Positions 58,603-64,000 of a DNA stretch of 64,000 nt are shown piece after piece. The notes beneath the pieces are model-generated. The model ran no database searches, was not told the DNA's origin, and worked only from the letters and a program-made list of their open reading frames with translations. The stretch's first letter is position 1, and each line of letters begins with the position of its first letter. The stretch spans positions 32,001 to 96,000 of the forward strand of contig JBBTCT010000018.1 in NCBI GenBank assembly GCA_038060895.1, given 5' to 3'. This stretch comes from Planctomycetota bacterium. Its GTDB lineage: Bacteria; Planctomycetota; MHYJ01; WSZJ01. A program made the translations under genes and the position numbers.

Positions 58603-60611
58603 GCGGCCCCCAGGATGTAGAGGAAGTACCCGAGGAGGAGCATGGCGCCGGCGAGGAACCAGACGGCATAGGTCCCGACCACTCCGTCCTGCAGGCGCCT
58701 GGCGGCTTCCGAAACTACTTCTGCAACCAGGGCCGCGACGTTGATGAACATGTCGATAATCAGGACGTCGACAAAGATCCAGAGCGCGAACGCCGTCAGC
58801 TTCACGGGACGCACGACGACACGGTCGTAGGCCTCGTCGATGTAGAACTTGTCGCGGACGAGCGCGTACAGCTGCCCGAGCCCGGGCGACTTCTGGATCA
58901 CTTCTGCCGGCAGCCCGGGACGCTTCAGGTAAATCCACAGCGCAAACCCGCTGACACCGAATGCGATGAGCGTCGAGACGACCATGAGCCCGCGCTCGGC
59001 CGAGTGATGGGATACGTGCTGGGCGGTCGCAATTTCGGGCCAGGCGGCGACGACGGGCTGGAGCCAGGCGGAGAAGTGCGCGCCTCCGTGGAGGGCGTGT
59101 GGAACGTTGAGGAATCCTGCGGCGACGGAGCAGATGGCGAGGACGATGAGGGGAAGCGTCATGGTCCAGGGCGATTCGTGGGCATGGGAATGCGCTTCGG
59201 CCGAACCGCGCGGGGCGCCCAGGAACGCCATGGTGAGGAGGCGGAACATGTAGAAGGCGGTCATTGCGCTGGCGACGGTGCCCAGCAGGCCGAGAACGAG
59301 GCCGTGTCCCACGTTCTGGCCCGTGAGGCAGCCTTCCCACGCCTTCCAGAGGATCTCGTCCTTCGAGAAGAACCCGGCGAAGGGCGGAATGCCGGTGATG
59401 GCGAGCGTGCCGATGAGCATGGTGGCGAAGGTGGCGGGAAGCTTGTTCTTCAGTCCACCCATGCGCCGCAGGTCCTGCTCGCCCGACAGGGCGTGGATGA
59501 CGGACCCGGCGCCGAGGAAGAGGAGGGCCTTGAAGAAGGCGTGGGTGAAGACATGGAAGAAGCCGGCGGAGAACCCGCCGGTGCCGAGCGCGAGGAACAT
59601 GAGGCCGAGTTGCGAGACCGTGGAGTAGGCGAGGACCTTCTTGATGTCGTTCTGCGCGAGCGCCATCAGGGCCGCGAAAACGGCCGTGGCGCCGCCGACG
59701 CCGGCGATGATGTCCATGGTGGGCGGAGCCATGACGAAAAGGTGCGAGAGGCGGCAGATCATGTAGATGCCGCTCGTCACCATCGTCGCGGCGTGGATAA
59801 GTGCGGAAACCGGTGTCGGGCCCGCCATCGCGTCGGGGAGCCAGACGTAGAGCGGGATCTGCGCGGACTTGCCCGCAGCGCCGAGGAAGAACGCGAGCGT
59901 GATCGCGCCGACGAGCGACAGCTTCACATCGACGAACCAGATCCCCAGATCAAACGTGTGCAGCAACTTTTCCCGGATGTTCGAGTCGCCCAGGTTCGCG
60001 CGGATCGTCTCGTAGTCGAACGAGTGGAAGACCATGAAGATCGCAAAGAGCCCGAGCGCGAACCCGAAGTCGCCGATGCGATTGACGATGAACGCCTTGC
60101 GCCCCGCGTACGCCTTTTCGGGGTCCTCGAACCAGAACCCGATCAGCAGGTACGAGCAGAGGCCGACCCCTTCCCACCCGACGAACATCAACAGCAGGTT
60201 GTCGCCGAGGACGAGAAGGAGCATCGAGAACATGAAGAGGTTCAGGTACGCGAAGTACCGCGGAACGCTGGCGTCGTGCGCCATGTAGCCGGCGCTGTAG
60301 AGATGGATGAGCGAACCGACGCCCGTGACGACGAGGAGCATGATCACGCTCAGCCGGTCGCACAGGAACGCGAACTTCACCTGCAGGTCCGACACGTCGA
60401 TCCACGAGAACAGGTCCGCTTTCACGGCTTCGCCCGTCGAGAAGACCTCCCGGGCGACCGGAATCGAGAACAGGAAGGACGCGATCGCCGCAGCGACGCC
60501 GACGGCCGCGCCTCCGTTCCGGCCCAGACGGCGTCCCAGCAGGCCGTTCGCCAGGAACCCGGCGAGGCACAGGAAGGGGACGACCGCGAGGCAGCGGGAG
60601 GCTTCGTTCAC
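58599..60611 (-). CDS. nuoL: NADH-quinone oxidoreductase subunit L
   Basis: GWEGVGLCSYLLIGFW, KSAQIPLYVWLPDAMAGPTPVSALIHAATMV. Confidence 0.97.
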   Translation of the reverse strand: MNEASRCLAVVPFLCLAGFLANGLLGRRLGRNGGAAVGVAAAIASFLFSIPVAREVFSTGEAVKADLFSWIDVSDLQVKFAFLCDRLSVIMLLVVTGVGSLIHLYSAGYMAHDASVPRYFAYLNLFMFSMLLLVLGDNLLLMFVGWEGVGLCSYLLIGFWFEDPEKAYAGRKAFIVNRIGDFGFALGLFAIFMVFHSFDYETIRANLGDSNIREKLLHTFDLGIWFVDVKLSLVGAITLAFFLGAAGKSAQIPLYVWLPDAMAGPTPVSALIHAATMVTSGIYMICRLSHLFVMAPPTMDIIAGVGGATAVFAALMALAQNDIKKVLAYSTVSQLGLMFLALGTGGFSAGFFHVFTHAFFKALLFLGAGSVIHALSGEQDLRRMGGLKNKLPATFATMLIGTLAITGIPPFAGFFSKDEILWKAWEGCLTGQNVGHGLVLGLLGTVASAMTAFYMFRLLTMAFLGAPRGSAEAHSHAHESPWTMTLPLIVLAICSVAAGFLNVPHALHGGAHFSAWLQPVVAAWPEIATAQHVSHHSAERGLMVVSTLIAFGVSGFALWIYLKRPGLPAEVIQKSPGLGQLYALVRDKFYIDEAYDRVVVRPVKLTAFALWIFVDVLIIDMFINVAALVAEVVSEAARRLQDGVVGTYAVWFLAGAMLLLGYFLYILGAA

Positions 60612-60922
60612 CAGCGCAAGCTCCTCATCTCTTCCGTGTCCGTCGTCTTCCGGTTCCGGAACCAGGCAATGACGATCGCGAGCCCGACCGCCGCTTCCGC
60701 CGCCGCGACGGCCATCGTGAGCAGGACGAACACATGGCCGGCGGGCGCCTGGGAAGACCCGGGGTAGAAGCGCGCGAACGACACGAACGCGATGTTCACG
60801 CCGTTGAGCATCAGCTCGATCGACATGAGGACGATGAGCACGTTGCGCCGTGCGATGACCCCGAAGACGCCGGTGGCGAAGAGGATCGCGGAGAGAAGGA
60901 GGCAGTTGTGAAGGGTCAGCAT
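60608..60922 (-). CDS. nuoK: NADH-quinone oxidoreductase subunit K
   Basis: RRN....MSIELMLN, VAAAEAAVGLAI. Confidence 0.95.
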   Translation of the reverse strand: MLTLHNCLLLSAILFATGVFGVIARRNVLIVLMSIELMLNGVNIAFVSFARFYPGSSQAPAGHVFVLLTMAVAAAEAAVGLAIVIAWFRNRKTTDTEEMRSLRW

Positions 60923-61470
60923 CAGTGTGTCCCTCCGTGGTCCTTCGGCGCGTCGACGGCGGGCCCCTCCGGCTTGCCGAGATTCTTCTTGGCCAGCACG
61001 ACCGCCCCCATGGTGGCGGCCAGGATCAGCACGGACACCACTTCGAAGGGCAGCACGAACTCGGCAAACATCGTTCTGCCGACCTGTTCCGGCGAGCCAA
61101 ACTCCGGGCCCACTTTGGGAAGCGCCTGGAACGGAGCGCGCAGCATGGCGGCGGCGATGAGGCCGAAGAGGACGGCGCAGCCGATGCCGGCAAGGAGCTG
61201 GAGGGGCCACGGTCGCTCGCCGCCGATTTCTTCGCCGCGGAGGGCCAGGAGCATGATGACGAAGATGAAAAGGACCAGGATGGCCCCGGCGTAAACCATG
61301 AGCTGCATGAGGGCGAGGAACGGCGCCGCAAGGATCATCATGACGCCGCTGATGGCGCCGAAGAACAGGATCAGGGACAGGGCGGAGTACATCGGGTCCC
61401 GGCGCGAGACGGTGAGAAACCCGCCGAAGATCGCGAGGAACGAGAACGCGACGAAGAAGGCGTCTCTCAT
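60922..61470 (-). CDS. nuoJ: NADH-quinone oxidoreductase subunit J
   Basis: APFLA..Q.MVYAGAILVLFIFVIMLL, LPFEVVS. Confidence 0.95.
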   Translation of the reverse strand: MRDAFFVAFSFLAIFGGFLTVSRRDPMYSALSLILFFGAISGVMMILAAPFLALMQLMVYAGAILVLFIFVIMLLALRGEEIGGERPWPLQLLAGIGCAVLFGLIAAAMLRAPFQALPKVGPEFGSPEQVGRTMFAEFVLPFEVVSVLILAATMGAVVLAKKNLGKPEGPAVDAPKDHGGTH

Positions 61471-62489
61471 AGTTGCGCCACCACCCCGGTCGTCGCGATG
61501 TTCGCGAGGCCGAGCGGAATGAGCGTCTTCCAGCCGAGGTGCATGAGCTGGTCGAAACGGAAGCGGGGGAGGGTCCAGCGGACGACGATGAAGAAGAAGA
61601 GAAGGACGGAGACTTTGGCGAAGAAGACTGCGATCGTCAGGAGGCTGAAGAGGATCCCGGTCTGGCCCGCGGGCATGCCTGGGAACGACCATCCGCCGAG
61701 GAAGAGCGTCGTGATCATGCAGCACGAGGAGAACATTGCCGCGTATTCCGCGAGGAAGAACAGGGAGAACTTCATGGAGCTGTATTCCGTGTGGTAGCCG
61801 CCGATCAGCTCCGCTTCGCACTCCGCGAGGTCGAACGGCAGCCTGTTGGTCTCGGCGAAGGCGGCGATGAAAAAGATCACGAACGCGACCGGCTGCTTGA
61901 GGGCATTCCACTTCGGCACGAAGCCCATCCACGTTCCGGTCTGGTCGGCGACGATGACGTTGAGGTCGACGCTCTGGGACGTCATGAACACGCTGATCAG
62001 TGCGATCCCCATGGCGATCTCATACGAGAGGACCTGGGCGCTGGCGCGCATGCTGCCGAGCATGGCGTACTTGTTGTTGGAGGCCCAGCCGCCGAACGCG
62101 ATGCCGTAGACGCCGAGGCCGGTGAGGGCGAGGAAGAGCAGCATGCCGACGTTGCCGCGGCAGACCTGCAGGTCGAGCTGGTAGTCGCCGATCGTCATCG
62201 GCGCGCCGAACGGGATGACGGTGGCGGTCATCGCCGCGGGGAAGAAGGCGAGTGCCGGCGCCAGGACGAAGAGAAACCTGTCCGCGCCGTCGGGGATCAC
62301 GTCTTCCTTGAACAGCAGCTTGATGGCGTCCGCCAGCGGCTGAAACAGCCCGAACGGCCCGACGCGGTTGGGCCCTACGCGGTCCTGGATCAACGCGGAG
62401 ATGCGGCGCTCCGCCCACACGAGTAGCGGAACGATCTGCATGACGATCGCGAAGACGCCGAAGGCGACGACGAAATCCCAGAAGCGGAT
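61467..62489 (-). CDS. nuoH: NADH-quinone oxidoreductase subunit H (first ATG at 62441; frame extends to ATC at 62489)
   Basis: ERRISALIQDRVGPNRVG, QPLADAIKL.KE, AETNRLPFDL.E.E.EL.GGY.TEYS. Confidence 0.95.
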   Translation of the reverse strand: MRFWDFVVAFGVFAIVMQIVPLLVWAERRISALIQDRVGPNRVGPFGLFQPLADAIKLLFKEDVIPDGADRFLFVLAPALAFFPAAMTATVIPFGAPMTIGDYQLDLQVCRGNVGMLLFLALTGLGVYGIAFGGWASNNKYAMLGSMRASAQVLSYEIAMGIALISVFMTSQSVDLNVIVADQTGTWMGFVPKWNALKQPVAFVIFFIAAFAETNRLPFDLAECEAELIGGYHTEYSSMKFSLFFLAEYAAMFSSCCMITTLFLGGWSFPGMPAGQTGILFSLLTIAVFFAKVSVLLFFFIVVRWTLPRFRFDQLMHLGWKTLIPLGLANIATTGVVAQL

Positions 62490-62555
62490 GGCGAAGACTC
62501 CTAAGCCGGGCCGATGACAACATCGTTTTTACCAACACCCCGCTCCGCCCGGCTT

Positions 62556-62589
62556 ACCCTGAGCGAGCCCGTAGGGCGAGTCGAAGGGT
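62556..62589. repeat. Short REP-like palindromic unit
   Basis: ACCCTGAGCGAGCCC-GTA-GGGCGAGTCGAAGGGT in the nuoG-nuoH gap. Confidence 0.5.
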
Positions 62590-62635
62590 CTACGTAACTT
62601 GCAGCCTGTTTCGTGAGAATCCTGTTTGACATGTC

Positions 62636-64000
62636 CTAAACCTTCACCGCCGTACGCGCCGGCACGCCGAGGTCCCCGACTTCGCGGTAGGTCAACTCGC
62701 GGAACGCCTCGACTTCTGCCCCGATCTGGCGGAAGACTCCGTCACCTGACAGGACACCCGAACCGCCGGGCGGATGCCGGTTCACGATTTCCTGCAGGAT
62801 CTCGAGCGACGGCGCCGCATCCCCCGGCGGCTGGATCACCGGCCGGACCCTCTGCACGCGCCCGTCGACATTCACGAACGTTCCGTCCTGCTCCCAGTGC
62901 ATCGTCGCGGGAAGGCGCACCTTCGCGTACTTCGACGCGGACGATGACTCGAGCACGTCCAGCACCACCAGCGTCTTGACGCGCGCGAACATCGCTTCCA
63001 GCTCCGGCGAAATCGCCAGCTCCGGCGCGCTGGAGACGACGAGAAGCGCGCTGACTTTCCCGGCCTCGAACTCCTTGCGCACGGCCGTCGCTCCGACCTC
63101 GACGGCAAGGTCCCCGAGAATCGCCCTGGCCCCGGCGCGGTTGGGGTTCCGGTCCGCTTCGATCACGAACCCGCCCTTGAACTGCTTCCGCTCACCGCCC
63201 GGCTTCTCAAGCGTCCCAACCGGGGCCTGCGCGTTGAGGAGTTTCATGAGGCGCTTGAAAAGAAAGAACTCCTCGTTCGTGTTCCACAGGCTGATGAGCC
63301 CCGCGACGGCGCCGCCCGCCGCCGACAGCCGTTGCCACGCCGCAAGCACCGCCTCCGCGCGCGTCACGCCCTTCCCGTCGACCTGCGCTTCGACGAGTCT
63401 TCCAGGAAGCGCGTGCTGCTTGTAGGAAAGGCGCCCGGCGTCGCACATCCACCAGTCGTTGACGGCGAGATTCTCGCGCGGCTTGAGGCGCGCGATTTCT
63501 TCGTTCAGCTGTTCGGCATCGACGTTGCAGCCGACCGAACAGCCGGCGCAGAGCGTCTTCTGTTCCTTCGTGAACCAGACGCGCGCCTTGTACTTGAAGT
63601 CCTCGCTGATGAGCGCGCCGACCGGACAGACGTCCTCGGCGCACATCGAGAGTGCGTTGTCGAGCGGCCTGCCGGGGAACACGTCGACGACAGAATGGTC
63701 TCCGCGGTTGACCACGCAGAGCTCTCCGGTGCCCGAGATTTCGTCCGTGAAGCGCACGCACCGCGTGCAGACGATGCAGCGGCTTCCCCAGATCGAGATC
63801 GTCGGGCCGAGCGCCTTGGTGTGCTTCATCTGCCGTTCTTCGTAGAAGCGGCCATGGCTGCGGCCGTGGGCGTAGGAATGGTCCTGGAGGTAGCACTCGC
63901 CGGCCTGGTCGCAGGTGGGGCAGTCGAGCGGGTGATTGATGAGCTCGAATTCCATGACGCCTTCGCGGGCCTTGATCACGTCGGGCGTCTTTGTCTCGAC
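62636..64000 (-). CDS. nuoG: NADH-quinone oxidoreductase subunit G (5' end outside window)
   Basis: INHPLDCPTCDQAGECYLQD, RCIVCTRCVRF, CPVGAL, CAGCSVGC...CDAGR. Confidence 0.92.
   Translation of the reverse strand, partial: VETKTPDVIKAREGVMEFELINHPLDCPTCDQAGECYLQDHSYAHGRSHGRFYEERQMKHTKALGPTISIWGSRCIVCTRCVRFTDEISGTGELCVVNRGDHSVVDVFPGRPLDNALSMCAEDVCPVGALISEDFKYKARVWFTKEQKTLCAGCSVGCNVDAEQLNEEIARLKPRENLAVNDWWMCDAGRLSYKQHALPGRLVEAQVDGKGVTRAEAVLAAWQRLSAAGGAVAGLISLWNTNEEFFLFKRLMKLLNAQAPVGTLEKPGGERKQFKGGFVIEADRNPNRAGARAILGDLAVEVGATAVRKEFEAGKVSALLVVSSAPELAISPELEAMFARVKTLVVLDVLESSSASKYAKVRLPATMHWEQDGTFVNVDGRVQRVRPVIQPPGDAAPSLEILQEIVNRHPPGGSGVLSGDGVFRQIGAEVEAFRELTYREVGDLGVPARTAVKV

Noticed and set aside
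41802-62606. Identical 14-mer CGTAACTTGCAGCC at 41802 and 62593, and AAC-N16-CGT ECF-like promoters at 41779 and 54777
   Set aside because: Too short and too few, with inconsistent orientation to downstream genes; cannot be separated from chance here.
31-63896. Many long overlapping ORFs (e.g. 31-1695 +, 9879-11882 +, 47865-49502 -, 58578-60767 +)
   Set aside because: Antisense or alternate-frame shadows of recognisable genes, expected at high GC; no motifs.
1-64000. CRISPR array or integron attC array
   Set aside because: No regularly spaced direct repeats with unique spacers; hairpins lack RYYYAAC/GTTRRRY ends and there is no IntI.
1-64000. Genome-wide UGA reassignment explaining the in-frame TGAs
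   Set aside because: Conserved genes (fliH, fliF, flgC, purM, nuoL, nuoK) end in TGA at the expected positions.

Overview
GC-rich bacterial window; gene content (Hanks kinase-TPR, several STAS proteins, HEAT lipoproteins) suggests Planctomycetota, which is an inference. Left to right: a flagellar operon (flgBC-fliEFGHI) with a sigma54-type promoter, a kinase-TPR gene, a MerR/TPR/FlgN/HK/sigma54-regulator operon, purine genes (STAS-PurB fusion, purM, purF), a STAS-Zn ribbon-RsbW-like protein, a His-rich Ni/Co transporter, tatA, glycosyltransferases and an LPS kinase. A ~12 kb element is integrated in tRNA-Thr(UGU) with a 45-bp att duplication; it carries an integrase, a primase-DUF3987 replicase, HicAB and several HTH genes. 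It is followed by tRNA-Tyr, tRNA-Gly, dapB, IHF/HU, copA, pepA, secreted proteins and nuoG-H-J-K-L-M-N. Best leads: (1) an 82-aa two-TM ORF missing from the ORF track (49475-49723) with an in-frame UGA in a CGSU motif and a SECIS-like hairpin, a candidate new selenoprotein; (2) a second in-frame UGA in a secreted Pro-rich protein whose neighbour shares a C-terminal DLK tail; (3) the STAS-PurB fusion near a STAS/pseudo-RsbW protein; (4) long intergenic hairpins sharing a GNA/GNA internal loop. Start codons were refined by eye and no database searches were run.
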